Shown: positions 53,561 to 63,773, counted from the first letter of the stretch. The stretch: DNA of 64,000 bases from Verrucomicrobia bacterium UBA6982 (GCA_002448475.1 DJYI01000049.1:5475-69474), one strand, 5' to 3'. Translations and numbers: made by a program. The notes: generated by a model not told the origin, from the letters alone.

Positions 53561-54700
53561 ATGGAAGGGCCACGCACCCGGAACGGGGCGCCGCGCCGTT
53601 CCCGCGACTGGCGGGGCGATTTGCCGTTCCGGACTGTTTTGCTGCACCGCGCTGTCGGGCTGTATCGCAATCTGGCCGACACGATTTTCCCTCCGCGCTC
53701 GTCTCCGGAGGGCGACGCGGTCGTTCGCCAGCGCGTCGTGGAGGCCGTTCGCAAGTCTTCCGGTCTTTCCGCTCCGCGCCATCTTGAGAATCCCGATTCC
53801 TTTTTGGTGGAGAGCGCCCCTCTGCGCTTCGTCGAGCGCGTCCTTGACCCGTTTCCGCTTCCTCCTCGCGACGGCGGCGGCGCTTCGGAACAAGGTGCCG
53901 GGGACGGCGGCGCAACAAGGCGCCCATCCGTCATGGTTCTCAAGCGCGGACAGGTTCTGGCGCTTGTGGGCGGCGAGGATCATTTGACGCTGTTCTGCCG
54001 CACGGACGGTCCGTTCTCCGCCCAGTTCAAGACGCTTTCCTCTCTGGCGGATTCCATCGGCAAGGTGTCTCCGTTCGCCCGTTCGGACGAATACGGGTGG
54101 CTCGCCTCAGATCCCGACCACGCCGGCGCCGGAATGGTTCTTTCCTGCGACGTGTGTCTGATGGGCCTTTGCGTTTCCCGGACTCTCGACCAGTCGCTAC
54201 GCGCGCTTGATCGCCTTGGCTTTGACGTCTATCCGATATATGGCCCGTTCCCGGCCGAGGACAATCCGCTCGATGCCCCGGGGTGCCTCTATCGCGTCGC
54301 GTCTGTTCGCAACGCCGGTTCGGCGCGCGACATTGTCGGGCGCATGGACGCCGTGTGCCGCGAACTGGCGCGTCAGGAGCAAAACGCCCGTCTCACGCTC
54401 CTGCGCCGCCACTCGCCGGATCTTTTCGACTTCGTCCGGCGCGCCATCGCCTCCGGCGCATGGTGTTCATCCCTGCAGCTGAGCGAGGCGCTGGAAATCG
54501 CGCAGGTCGTCTTTTTCGCCGCCGATCTCGGCCTTGTCCGGATTTCCGCCAAGGACGCGTCCGACCTGGCGCGCACTCCGTTCGCGCTGACCGACGAAGC
54601 GGTTTCGCGCGATTTGCCGGCGGGCTACGAGGCGCGCCATGCCCGCGCTGCGCTTGCGGCCCCGCTTTTCCGGCGGATTCTCAAGCAGTTTCAAGCCTAG
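53561..54700 (+). CDS. McsB-like ATP:guanido phosphotransferase (protein arginine kinase) homolog with a non-canonical active-site loop.
   Basis: Blocks LLHRAVGLYRNLADTIFPP, GGEDHLTLFC and YGWLASDPDHAGAGM correspond to McsB RIRLARN..FP, EEDHIRIQ and GYLTSCPTNVGTGL, but the Cys-Pro-Thr-Asn core is replaced by Asp-Pro-Asp-His. Confidence 0.55.
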   Translation: MEGPRTRNGAPRRSRDWRGDLPFRTVLLHRAVGLYRNLADTIFPPRSSPEGDAVVRQRVVEAVRKSSGLSAPRHLENPDSFLVESAPLRFVERVLDPFPLPPRDGGGASEQGAGDGGATRRPSVMVLKRGQVLALVGGEDHLTLFCRTDGPFSAQFKTLSSLADSIGKVSPFARSDEYGWLASDPDHAGAGMVLSCDVCLMGLCVSRTLDQSLRALDRLGFDVYPIYGPFPAEDNPLDAPGCLYRVASVRNAGSARDIVGRMDAVCRELARQEQNARLTLLRRHSPDLFDFVRRAIASGAWCSSLQLSEALEIAQVVFFAADLGLVRISAKDASDLARTPFALTDEAVSRDLPAGYEARHARAALAAPLFRRILKQFQA

Positions 54701-54772
54701 CATGTTGTTTTCACGTTGGAGACCGCCACGCGGTTGCCAGCAAAAACGAGTCAGAAGGAGCAGAAAAACGCA

Positions 54773-56221
54773 ATGAAGAACGAGGGGCCACTTTCCGCCG
54801 CCTACTACGGGCGCTGGAATGCCGAAGAGCAGGCGCGCATCGACGCCGACATTGAGAAATACCGCAAGGCGGACGCCTCGATTCCCGTTGGGGCGCCTGC
54901 CGGCGCAGAGGTGAAGGTCGAGCAGGTTTCTCACGCTTTCCGTTTCGGCGCGCATCTCTTCAACTTCAACCAGCTCGGCTCGCACGAGGCCAACGAGCGC
55001 CACAAGGCGTGCTGGAACTCCACGTTCGCCGACGGCGCGCTCTTCAATTCCGGCACCATCGCCTTCTACTGGCGTCCGTTCGAGCCGGTCGAGGGCAGGA
55101 TGCGCTTTGACGAGGGGCCGGAGGACACCGAGGCATGGTGGAACGCCTGCCGCGAGCCGAAGCTCCAGCGCTTCTGGCGCCGCCCGCCAAGCGAGCCGGT
55201 CGTCCGCTTCTGCGAGGAGAAGGGAGTCTGGAAGCACGGTCATCCCATAGTCTGGTCAAACACCCAGTGGCACTACCCGGACTGGCTCATGGCGAAGCTG
55301 CCGCACGCCATCCTCGCCGAGATGCTGACCGACGACCGCAGCGGAGTCTCGATCCTGAAGCAGCCCATGGAGACGGTTCTGAAACGTCTGCCGCCGGACT
55401 TCCCGGCGGTGGTCGAATCGACGCTGCGCCGCCGCATCGACGCTCTCGCCGCGCGCTATGGCGAGCGCATGAACAGCTGGGACGTCTGCAACGAAAGCGC
55501 GGTGGACTGGCGAGTTGGATGCCTTGGGCGCGGCGCCGTTCTCTCTCGCAGCTGCCGCAAGTCGTGGATGCCCGGCGACTACTGCCACTGGGCCTTCCGC
55601 GAGTGCATGCGGGCGTTCCCGGCAAAGACCGTGCTTTCGATCAACGACTACGAACTCCAGGAGTCGTACGCGGAGCAGACGCGCGACCAGCTCGCGCGCG
55701 GCGACAAGATCGACATGCAGGGCATGCAGATGCACCTGTTCAATCCCGACGACGTCAACCGCATCGCGGAGGGTTCCGAACTTCGCTCCCCGACGCAGGT
55801 GCGCTCGCAGATCGCCGCCGCGCACGCCCGCGATGGCCTTCCCATCCACCTCTCCGAGATCACAGTCTCGTCGCCCGGCGGCGACGAGCGCGGGGAAGTC
55901 ATCCAGGCCGAAGTCACGCGCAATCTGTATCGTCTGTGGTTCTCGCTTCCGGACATGACTGCCATCACCTGGTGGAACATCGTTGACGACTGCGGCGCTC
56001 CAGGCGAGCCTTCGGTCTCCGGCATCTTCAATCGTGACATGACGCCGAAGAAGGCGTATTTCGCGCTGGATGAACTGATCAACTCCGAGTGGCGCACCCG
56101 CGCCACCGTGAAGGCCGACGCCTCCGGCACCGTGTCCTTCCGCGGCTTCAAGGGGCGCTATCGCCTGTCCTGGCGCGATGCGTCGGGCGAGGCGCGCTCT
56201 GTCGAAGCTCAGGTTCGCTGA
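54773..56221 (+). CDS. GH10 endo-beta-1,4-xylanase family protein, cytoplasmic.
   Basis: SWDVCNE (acid/base) and IHLSEITV (nucleophile, ITE). An AAGGAG RBS lies 8 nt upstream of ATG 54773. Confidence 0.8.
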   Translation: MKNEGPLSAAYYGRWNAEEQARIDADIEKYRKADASIPVGAPAGAEVKVEQVSHAFRFGAHLFNFNQLGSHEANERHKACWNSTFADGALFNSGTIAFYWRPFEPVEGRMRFDEGPEDTEAWWNACREPKLQRFWRRPPSEPVVRFCEEKGVWKHGHPIVWSNTQWHYPDWLMAKLPHAILAEMLTDDRSGVSILKQPMETVLKRLPPDFPAVVESTLRRRIDALAARYGERMNSWDVCNESAVDWRVGCLGRGAVLSRSCRKSWMPGDYCHWAFRECMRAFPAKTVLSINDYELQESYAEQTRDQLARGDKIDMQGMQMHLFNPDDVNRIAEGSELRSPTQVRSQIAAAHARDGLPIHLSEITVSSPGGDERGEVIQAEVTRNLYRLWFSLPDMTAITWWNIVDDCGAPGEPSVSGIFNRDMTPKKAYFALDELINSEWRTRATVKADASGTVSFRGFKGRYRLSWRDASGEARSVEAQVR

Positions 56222-56314
56222 CGCATCGCGACTACCGCCGATTGTTGACTGGGCGGCGCCACGGCGGCCGTCTGGACGCTCCGTCTCGATTGGTATCCGC
56301 AACAGAACAATTCA

Positions 56315-59074
56315 ATGGACAATCCGATGAAGACCAATCCGACTTTTCCTTTTTTTCTGTCCGCCGCGCTTTGCATGCTGCCATGCGCCGCCACCGCCAC
56401 CGAGGCGACGCTGGCCCCGGTCTGGGGGACTTCGCTTTCCATCTCCGACCCGATCGACACGTTCTTCCGGGTCGGAGCATACACTGAAGGGTGGAAGTTT
56501 CGCGGCGCCGCCGGAGGGGCGCGCGTAGGCGGCGACTCTTCCGGTCAAAGGATATTCTCGATAGACATGGGCGGCAGCGGGGGCGCCAACGTCGCCGCCG
56601 GGGCGCTTCGCTTTGACGGTTCCGCGACCTTCTCGGAAACCTCCGACGGCGGAGTTCGCGCAGAATGGAAGATCGTCCCCGATCGAGACGGTTTCGTCCA
56701 GGAGGCCATGGCCGAGGCTCGCATTCCCATCGGAAAGGTCGCGGGCGGATTCATCGTTGACGGCCGCCATGTTCCGATTCCCGAGACGACACCGGAAAAG
56801 CCGCACTTGTTCCGCGGACTGGTTTCGCGCGTGGAGGCACTGGGGCAGGACGGATCCCCGTGGCTGCGCATTGACCTGCCGGAATCGGCCGGAATTCTGA
56901 TCCAGGACAACCGGTGCTGGGGCAGTTCCGTCGTTGCCACTTTGCGGCTGTTTTTCGTCATTGGGAAGGTCGAGGCCGGGCGCGAGTATCGCCTTTCCGC
57001 CGAATTTCGCGCTCCTGGCGGCTCCATAGGCCTCGCGCAGGACAATCAGGTTGTCATTTCGGCCGGAGCGGAGTGGATTCCGTTCCGTCCGGCACCTCGC
57101 GGGGAGGACTGGATAGAGCCTGGATCCGCGCTGGATTTCTCGCAGTCGATCCGTCGCCACGCTCCGGCGGGCGCTTTCGGCCGCGTCGTCGCGGTTGGCG
57201 ACCATTTTGAGCTTGAGGGCCGTCCAGGCGAGGAATTCCGCCTCTGCGGCGTCAATCTCGTGCATGGCGCCAACGCGCCATCTGTCGAGTCCGCCGACCG
57301 TTTCGCTGCGAATCTTGCGCGGATGGGCTTCAATTCCGTGCGAATACACCACCACGAGCGCCCGCTTCTTGCCAAGGGCGACGGAGCCGCGCTTGCGCTC
57401 GATCCCGACGCGCAGGACCGCTTCGACGCCCTTTGCGCCGCCTGCATTCGCCACGGTCTCTACATCACGACGGATCTTTACGTCTCCCGCGCACCGATAT
57501 CCTGGCGCTCCGTTGGCGTGGACCGCGACGGCGCGATGAACAAGGACGAGTTCAAGATGCTCGCGCTTTTCCATGAAGGAGCGTATTCAAACCTCGTCGC
57601 ATGGACGCGCCAGTTCCTCGGCCACGTGAATCCATACACCGGACGGAGCCTTGCCGAAGAACCCGCGCTTGCCACGCTCGCCCTTGTGAACGAGGGCAAT
57701 CTCGGAAACTACGGCCGCAATGCGCTGCTAGCCATCCCGGGAGTGGAGGATGCCTGGCGCGAGTGGCGCGCCGCGCGCGGCCTGGAGCCGGCGTCGCTAG
57801 ACGCGCTTCCGGCCGATCTGTATCAGGGGGCTGGCGAATCAAAGGCGCTGTCGGACGAATTCGCGTTGTTTCTTGCCGACAGGGAGACGCTTGTCTTTCG
57901 GCGTCTGACCGAACTTCTGCGCGGCGAACTCGGCTGCCACGCGCTGGTTTCCTCCCTTTCGTCGTGGTATAACCCGGCGTCGTATTGTCTGCCGCGCGCG
58001 GAATTCGACTACGACGACGACCACGGCTATGTCGATCACCCGTATTTCCTTGGAAAGTCTTGGGGGCTGCCTTCGTCGCACCCAGGCGCCAATCCGCTTC
58101 TTGGCGGCGATGGGGTGCCCGGTTTCGCCTGGCGTCGCCTTTTCGGCAAGCCGTTCTGCGTGACGGAGTGGAACTGGGCCGCGCCGGGGGAATACCGCAT
58201 GGCATACGGTCTGGTGATGGGCGCGCTCGCGGCGCGGCAGGGCTGGTCCGGACTGTGGCGCTTCGCCTGGAGCCACGACCGGGACGGTGTGGAGGCGCCG
58301 GGGAGCGTCCGGATGCGCTATTTCGACCTGCACGCCGATCCTGCGCTATGCGCTTCGGAGCGCGCGACCCTCAGCCTCTTCCTGCGCGGAGACCTGACCC
58401 CGTTGCCGACAGAAAACGAGGCGCCGATAGTGTTCGACGAAGCTTCGCTTCGCGCGGGCAGGGACGCGGCCCGCCGCCTTGCGCCGCCCAAGGCATCTCC
58501 GTCCGGATGGGAAACTCGCGTCGGAGTGCGCCTGGCGACTGCGGAAACGGCGAAGACGCCGGGCGCGAGTGCGCGGCTTTCGGAGTCTTCGCTCCCAGAC
58601 CGGGCCGAGCCCGACTCCGCGCGCGGCGCTTTCGTCGTCGATTCGCCACGCACGGCCGGAGGTTTCGCGCTGGAGGGCAAGATTGCGACTTCGGCGCTGA
58701 CTTTCACGCTCGACGGAACTCCCGCCGCCGTGTGGGCGACGTCCGTTGACGGTCTTCCGCTTCGAGACAGCTCTCGAATCCTTGTTTCCCATGTCACCGA
58801 CGCGAAGAACACCGGCGCAAGATTCGACGATGCCGCGTGCCGCGTCTGGCTCGAATACGGAACCACTCCCGCTCTCGTGCGGCGAGGCGAGGCGAAGATC
58901 GAGATGTCCATCGCACCCGGTGGAAGAGCCGAAGTCTGGCGGCTCTCTGCGTCAGGCCGTCGCTTGGCGACCATCCCTTCTGAATTCGATGCGGAATCGG
59001 GACTTCTGCGCTTCACGGCCCGGACAGATTTCGACCCGGACAGCGCCACTTTGTGCTACGAGGTGGCCAGATAG
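56315..59074 (+). CDS. Large secreted clan GH-A (TIM-barrel) glycoside hydrolase, family uncertain.
   Basis: Signal peptide MKTNPTFPFFLSAALCMLPCAATA. LALVNEGNLG (acid/base-like) and FCVTEWNW (nucleophile-like). Confidence 0.55.
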   Translation: MDNPMKTNPTFPFFLSAALCMLPCAATATEATLAPVWGTSLSISDPIDTFFRVGAYTEGWKFRGAAGGARVGGDSSGQRIFSIDMGGSGGANVAAGALRFDGSATFSETSDGGVRAEWKIVPDRDGFVQEAMAEARIPIGKVAGGFIVDGRHVPIPETTPEKPHLFRGLVSRVEALGQDGSPWLRIDLPESAGILIQDNRCWGSSVVATLRLFFVIGKVEAGREYRLSAEFRAPGGSIGLAQDNQVVISAGAEWIPFRPAPRGEDWIEPGSALDFSQSIRRHAPAGAFGRVVAVGDHFELEGRPGEEFRLCGVNLVHGANAPSVESADRFAANLARMGFNSVRIHHHERPLLAKGDGAALALDPDAQDRFDALCAACIRHGLYITTDLYVSRAPISWRSVGVDRDGAMNKDEFKMLALFHEGAYSNLVAWTRQFLGHVNPYTGRSLAEEPALATLALVNEGNLGNYGRNALLAIPGVEDAWREWRAARGLEPASLDALPADLYQGAGESKALSDEFALFLADRETLVFRRLTELLRGELGCHALVSSLSSWYNPASYCLPRAEFDYDDDHGYVDHPYFLGKSWGLPSSHPGANPLLGGDGVPGFAWRRLFGKPFCVTEWNWAAPGEYRMAYGLVMGALAARQGWSGLWRFAWSHDRDGVEAPGSVRMRYFDLHADPALCASERATLSLFLRGDLTPLPTENEAPIVFDEASLRAGRDAARRLAPPKASPSGWETRVGVRLATAETAKTPGASARLSESSLPDRAEPDSARGAFVVDSPRTAGGFALEGKIATSALTFTLDGTPAAVWATSVDGLPLRDSSRILVSHVTDAKNTGARFDDAACRVWLEYGTTPALVRRGEAKIEMSIAPGGRAEVWRLSASGRRLATIPSEFDAESGLLRFTARTDFDPDSATLCYEVAR

Positions 59075-59088
59075 GGAGGCGGCTCAAT

Positions 59089-59126
59089 AGGCGCGGGGAG
59101 GCTGGCGCTTTGCGCCCGCCTCCCCG
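59089..59126. terminator. Strong GC hairpin between convergent genes, probably a terminator.
   Basis: GCGGGGAGGC-tggcgctttgcgccc-GCCTCCCCGC (10-bp stem). Confidence 0.45.
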
Positions 59127-59157
59127 CTCTGTTGAAAACGGCTGTGCCGCTTTGCCG

Positions 59158-60195
59158 CTATGATTCCGCGACGGGTGGGGTAGTCTGTTCTGACTGGCTC
59201 GGCTTCGTAGCGGGAGCTTCCGGCTCCGTTGCGGGTTCCGTCTCAGCAGCGGGAGTTTCCGGTTCCGTTGCAGGGGCTAGCTCAGCAGCGGGAGGTTCCG
59301 GTTCCGTTGCAGGGGCTGGCTCAGCAGCTGGAGTTTCCGGCTCCGTTGCGGGGGCTGGTTCGGCAGCGGGAGTTTCCGGTTCCGTTGCAGGGGCTGGTTC
59401 GGCAGCTGGAGTTTCCGGTTCCGTTGCAGGGGCTGGTTCGGCAGCGGGAGTTTCTGGCTCCGTTGTGGTTTCCGGCTTTGGAATGAGTCGTTCGGCGGAA
59501 TACGATGGCACGACGAAAATCCACGGCTCGCCTTCAATCCGCAGATACCGGCCGGAACCATCCGGCAGGGGGTTCCCGACGGTGACAAGACGATTGGTGT
59601 CCGAACCGATTGTGACTCGCGCAACGGCGCCAGTCGCGAATCCGGTGGCATCCTCCGACGTGGTTGGGTCTGCCACAGAGGAGAATGAAATCCACGGCGA
59701 ATCCACGATCTTGGTTTCGCACCAGCGCTTCGGGTCGCCGTCGAAGGCTTCGAGCGCGTCGGCCACGAGAACGGTTTCGCCGTTGAACTCGGCGTAGCGG
59801 CCGAAGTCCCATCTCGGATGTCGCTCTCCGAGTGTGACTGAGGCGAGGGTTTTTCCCTCGGCGTCCTTGAGCGCAACCGGAGTCTGGTTGGCAATTTTGC
59901 GTCCCTTGGCCGTCTGCCCGACTTTGATGTCGAGCAGACGGCGGAGGTTTTCGAGGATTTTGGATCTGTCGGCCGGATAGCCGTGCATTGATTCCACGAC
60001 CCATCCGCCGTCGCCGGCGGCGATGGCAAGCGTTCCGGCCTCGATCCGCGAAACATCGGCGATCGAGACGTCCGGAAGGATTTTTCGCCCGTTCAGCTTC
60101 GGGGCTGAGTGCCTGGACTGTCCGTTGAGGAAGAAGGCCGCTGCGGAAACAACCGCTGCGACGGCGGCGAGAGTGGCGAGATTTTTAGCGTTCAT
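59158..60195 (-). CDS. DUF4340-like protein of the GldG-type ABC operon with a C-terminal tandem (PATEPETPAAEPA)n repeat.
   Basis: N-terminal TM segment. Located downstream of the ABC-2/GldG fusion as in gliding-motility-type ABC operons. About 6 repeat copies. Confidence 0.55.
   Translation of the reverse strand: MNAKNLATLAAVAAVVSAAAFFLNGQSRHSAPKLNGRKILPDVSIADVSRIEAGTLAIAAGDGGWVVESMHGYPADRSKILENLRRLLDIKVGQTAKGRKIANQTPVALKDAEGKTLASVTLGERHPRWDFGRYAEFNGETVLVADALEAFDGDPKRWCETKIVDSPWISFSSVADPTTSEDATGFATGAVARVTIGSDTNRLVTVGNPLPDGSGRYLRIEGEPWIFVVPSYSAERLIPKPETTTEPETPAAEPAPATEPETPAAEPAPATEPETPAAEPAPATEPETPAAEPAPATEPEPPAAELAPATEPETPAAETEPATEPEAPATKPSQSEQTTPPVAES
59222..59462. repeat. 39-bp coding tandem repeat, about 6 copies (GGAGTTTCCGGTTCCGTTGCAGGGGCTGGTTCGGCAGCG).
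   Basis: Direct reading. Confidence 0.8.
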
Positions 60196-60230
60196 TTGCT
60201 GTCTCCGTCAAAATCGTTTCGCATCATGTT

Positions 60231-62816
60231 TCAGGAGCGTCTGCGGCGTATGCCTCTGATAATGCCGAACAGCGCCACGAGAGCCGGGACAAGCGCGATG
60301 TTCAGGCATTTCACGCGGAGCCCGAGCGCGTCGATGTCGGCCGTCAGTTCCTTGCGGACGTTTTTGAGCTGGCGGCGGGTGTCCGCCTGAGTTTGACGGA
60401 ACTTCGCGATCTCGCTTTGCTGTTCGGGCGAGAGAAGCCGGCGCTCGGATCCGCTCTTCTGCCGTTCGAGTTCCGAAAGGCGGCGTTGCGTATCCTCAAG
60501 CGCCGCGCGCAGCTCCTCCTCCTTGCTTTGCCAGCGCGCAAGGGCGCGCGTCTCAAGCGCATCGACCTTCTCGAACGGCCTGTCGGAAGCGCCGCGAGTG
60601 CGGATGCCGATCAGCTCCTCGCGTCCTGCGAACTGCTCGATCATGTTTGAAAAGAGCGAGAGATTGTCGTTCAGCGGCTGAAGCATCGCGCCGAATGGCG
60701 TCTGGAGGACGCGCACGCAGAAGTCGTCCGAGACGAAGTCGGAGTCGCCGACGAGCAGAACGGATCCGCTTCCCGAAGAGAGCGCGCCTTCGACGGCGTT
60801 CGTGCCGTCCGGGCCCGACGGAAACGCCGTCGGGAACGAACCGGAAAGACGGGCCGCCACGACGCGCGAGGTTCCGTCCGGCTTCATCGCGCCGCGAAGC
60901 GCCGACATTCCGCCGAGAGCCGCCATGCGATCGATGTCGCAGGAATGGTCCGTCGAGGTCGAGGCCACCGGTTCGAAGACAAGTCCTGGCGCCTTGCTCT
61001 CGAACGAGAACGAACCGGCGAATGGCAGAAGCAGCCGCGAGAGGCCGGTAACGAGGACGTCATCCTTTTTGAGATTGTCAGCGCCGAGCGTCAGAAAGGC
61101 GGGGTTTTCGTCAACGCCGCCCATGCCGTCGTTGAGGGCCGTTGACGCGGCGAGGTCGCAGACGACGGACGACAGCTCGAAGCGGACGCCCCATGCGTCG
61201 AAGAGCGCGCCCAGGGTCGAGGGGCCGTCGCCGCCGCCCGGGCCGCCGAACTGGTTCGCGCCCGACGCGACGAAATCGGCGACGCTGAGCGGATCGACGC
61301 AGGCGATAAGGCGCCCGCCGCGCAGAACGAACTGGTCGATGGCGTAGAGCGTCTTTGCGGAGAGATCCTTGGCGTGGAGGACGACAAGCGTCTTCACCTC
61401 CGGATCGATCGACTCGGCGTCAGTCGCCACCGGGCGCACGTCGTAGTCCTTCGCAAGCTCCGCGAACGCCGCCCAACCGCGCGGGGCGCGCCGCCTCCGC
61501 ATCGCGGTCATCGGATCTTCGTCGGCGCCAAGAACCCCCTTGAGCGACGTCATCACGCCCACGACGGGGCGCTCCGGCCACGCGACGCGGGTCACGAGGC
61601 GCGTGATGTCGTATTCGAGCGTCGATTCAGTCCGGCGGGAAATGACGCCAAGCGTCTCCTCCCTGTCGCCGCTGACGGCGACGAGCCCGAAATACACGGG
61701 GGAGCCAAACGGCGTGACGGTCTGCGGCTCCACGCCGTAGCGCTGCGCCCATTCCTCCGCGTCGGAATCCGGTTCGGGATCGTAGATTTCCAATTCAAGG
61801 CGACCGCCGGCCGCGCGTTCGTATTCGCGAAGGAGATTGCGGACCTGGCGTGCGTATGACTTCATGTCCGACGGCATTTCCGGGGAGCGCGAACTCACGT
61901 AGAACTTGAGAGCCACGTCGGTGTCGAGCTTGCCCAGCACTGCGCGCGAGCCGTCTGAAAGCGTGTAGAGTCGGCCCTGCGTGAGATCCGCCCGCAACGG
62001 AACGGCGGACAGGAGGGCGACCGCCGAGACGGCGATCACGCCGACGCAGGCGAGGGCCGCGACGCCGCCGGCGGCGCCGCGACGCCCGTCAACGACCGTC
62101 TTGGCCGCGAAGACGAAGAATGCCATCGCTGCGATGTAGAAACCGACATCGGAGGCATCGACAACCCCGCGCCCAAGCGCCTCGAAGTGCGACAGCAGCG
62201 AACACGCCGCGACGGCGTCAACGAGGCCGATCGGCACGCCCAGCCGCGCAAGCGCTCCGCTTACGGGTTCAAATCCGGCGACGAGCATGAGGAAGAGCAG
62301 GGCGAAGGCTATGACAAAGCCGACCACGCCGGACTTCGACAGCGTCGAGGCGAAGAGGCCCACGGCCGCTGCAGCGCCGAGCAGCAGCAGCGAGCCGGCG
62401 TAGCCGCACGCGACGGCGCCCCAGTCCGGGGAGCCGAGGTAGCCGACAGTCGCCGCCACGGGGAACGTCAGTGCAAGCGCGATGGCGAGAAATGCCCAGG
62501 CCGCAAGAAACTTTCCGGCAAGCGCTTCAAGGGCCGTGATGGGAAATGTCAGGAGCTGCTCGATCGTGCCGCTTCGGCGCTCGTCGGCCCAGAGTCCCAT
62601 CGTCGCGGACGGCACCAGCAGCAGGCAGACCCATGGAATCCAGAAGAAGAACGACGAAAGGTCGGCTTGGCGGCGCTCGTAGAGCATCGCCACGCAAAAG
62701 GTCAGGAATCCGGTCAGCACCAGAAAGGCGGTTAGAAACACGTATGCCACCGGAGAATCGAAATATGAGCGGAATTCGCGCCGGAACACGGCGCGCGTTC
62801 TGTCGAACGCCTTCAT
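60231..62816 (-). CDS. ABC-2 type permease fused to a GldG-like auxiliary domain.
   Basis: Six N-terminal TM segments (the ABC-2 permease) are followed by a large periplasmic domain and a C-terminal TM segment, typical of GldF/GldG fusions. Confidence 0.7.
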   Translation of the reverse strand: MKAFDRTRAVFRREFRSYFDSPVAYVFLTAFLVLTGFLTFCVAMLYERRQADLSSFFFWIPWVCLLLVPSATMGLWADERRSGTIEQLLTFPITALEALAGKFLAAWAFLAIALALTFPVAATVGYLGSPDWGAVACGYAGSLLLLGAAAAVGLFASTLSKSGVVGFVIAFALLFLMLVAGFEPVSGALARLGVPIGLVDAVAACSLLSHFEALGRGVVDASDVGFYIAAMAFFVFAAKTVVDGRRGAAGGVAALACVGVIAVSAVALLSAVPLRADLTQGRLYTLSDGSRAVLGKLDTDVALKFYVSSRSPEMPSDMKSYARQVRNLLREYERAAGGRLELEIYDPEPDSDAEEWAQRYGVEPQTVTPFGSPVYFGLVAVSGDREETLGVISRRTESTLEYDITRLVTRVAWPERPVVGVMTSLKGVLGADEDPMTAMRRRRAPRGWAAFAELAKDYDVRPVATDAESIDPEVKTLVVLHAKDLSAKTLYAIDQFVLRGGRLIACVDPLSVADFVASGANQFGGPGGGDGPSTLGALFDAWGVRFELSSVVCDLAASTALNDGMGGVDENPAFLTLGADNLKKDDVLVTGLSRLLLPFAGSFSFESKAPGLVFEPVASTSTDHSCDIDRMAALGGMSALRGAMKPDGTSRVVAARLSGSFPTAFPSGPDGTNAVEGALSSGSGSVLLVGDSDFVSDDFCVRVLQTPFGAMLQPLNDNLSLFSNMIEQFAGREELIGIRTRGASDRPFEKVDALETRALARWQSKEEELRAALEDTQRRLSELERQKSGSERRLLSPEQQSEIAKFRQTQADTRRQLKNVRKELTADIDALGLRVKCLNIALVPALVALFGIIRGIRRRRS

Positions 62817-63539
62817 CTACTTTTCCTCCTTCATCGTAAGTTTGCGGAACACGACGTCGAGCCTGCCCGACGGATCCATCGCGCGCAGCTGCGCCGGCGT
62901 TCCGTCGGCGCGGATTTCGCCGTCGGCGATGACTATCGCGCGAGTGCAGACGGCGTCAACCTCTTCGAGAATGTGCGTCGAGACGACGATCGTCTTTTCC
63001 GCTGCCATTTCGCGGATCATCTCGCGGACCGTGAATTTCTGGTTGGGGTCAAGCCCGTCCGTGGGTTCGTCCATCACGAGAACCGGCGGGTCGTGCAGGA
63101 TCGCCTGCGCGAAGCATGTGCGCTGGCGGTAGCCCTTCGACAGCGTTTCGATCGTCTTGCGCGCGACTGATCCCAGCCTCGCCTTTTCAATTGCCGCGGC
63201 GACGCGGTCGCCGGCCTCGCTCCCCTTGTAGCCGCGGATTTCGGCCACGAAGCGGAGATAGTCCGCCACGGTCATCGCGCGGTAGCTCGGAGCGGATTCT
63301 GGCAGGTATCCGATGTTCTTTTTCGCCTCAACCGGTTCCCTTGCCACATCGTGGCCGCACACGACGGCGGTCCCGTCAGTCGGTGGAAGGAATCCGGTGA
63401 TCATTCGCATTGTAGTCGATTTCCCGGCCCCGTTCGGACCGAGAAAGCCCAGCACTTCGCCCTTGCCGGCGCTGAAGGATATCCCCTTCACGGCCTCGAA
63501 GGAGCCGAAGCGCTTTTTCAGGTTCTTTACTTCCAGCAT
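62817..63539 (-). CDS. ABC transporter ATP-binding protein (GldA-like).
   Basis: Walker A GPNGAGKST, signature LSKGYRQR, Walker B VLVMDEPTDGLD. The start was trimmed to MLEVKNL. Confidence 0.85.
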   Translation of the reverse strand: MLEVKNLKKRFGSFEAVKGISFSAGKGEVLGFLGPNGAGKSTTMRMITGFLPPTDGTAVVCGHDVAREPVEAKKNIGYLPESAPSYRAMTVADYLRFVAEIRGYKGSEAGDRVAAAIEKARLGSVARKTIETLSKGYRQRTCFAQAILHDPPVLVMDEPTDGLDPNQKFTVREMIREMAAEKTIVVSTHILEEVDAVCTRAIVIADGEIRADGTPAQLRAMDPSGRLDVVFRKLTMKEEK

Positions 63540-63618
63540 TGTTGTTCCTCTCTTTTCCACCTCTAAGCGGTGGCGGACGGAGCCGGTGAAATGCCTCCCC
63601 GGCAACCCGTGCCCACGG

Positions 63619-63647
63619 ATTCTACCACAATGTCATGATTGTGTCGC
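63619..63647 (-). promoter_or_regulatory. Putative promoter of the ABC operon: -35 GCGACA, 17-bp spacer, extended -10 TGGTAGAAT.
   Basis: Reverse complement of 63619-63647: tGCGACAcaatcatgacattgTGGTAGAAT. Confidence 0.4.
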
Positions 63648-63739
63648 ATTCCCGTGTTTGCCTCCCCGCATGGGTGTGACCAAACTTTGTCAGAACGCAA
63701 AGGACGCAATCGCGCGGGCCGATGTGTCCGGGGCTTTGC

Positions 63740-63773
63740 CCAGTTGAAAGGTTGAAAAGTTGAAAGGTTGATA
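63740..63773. repeat. CTTTCAAC octamer array on the minus strand, identical to 9893-9919.
   Basis: Reverse complement: CCTTTCAACTTTTCAACCTTTCAACTG. Confidence 0.7.
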
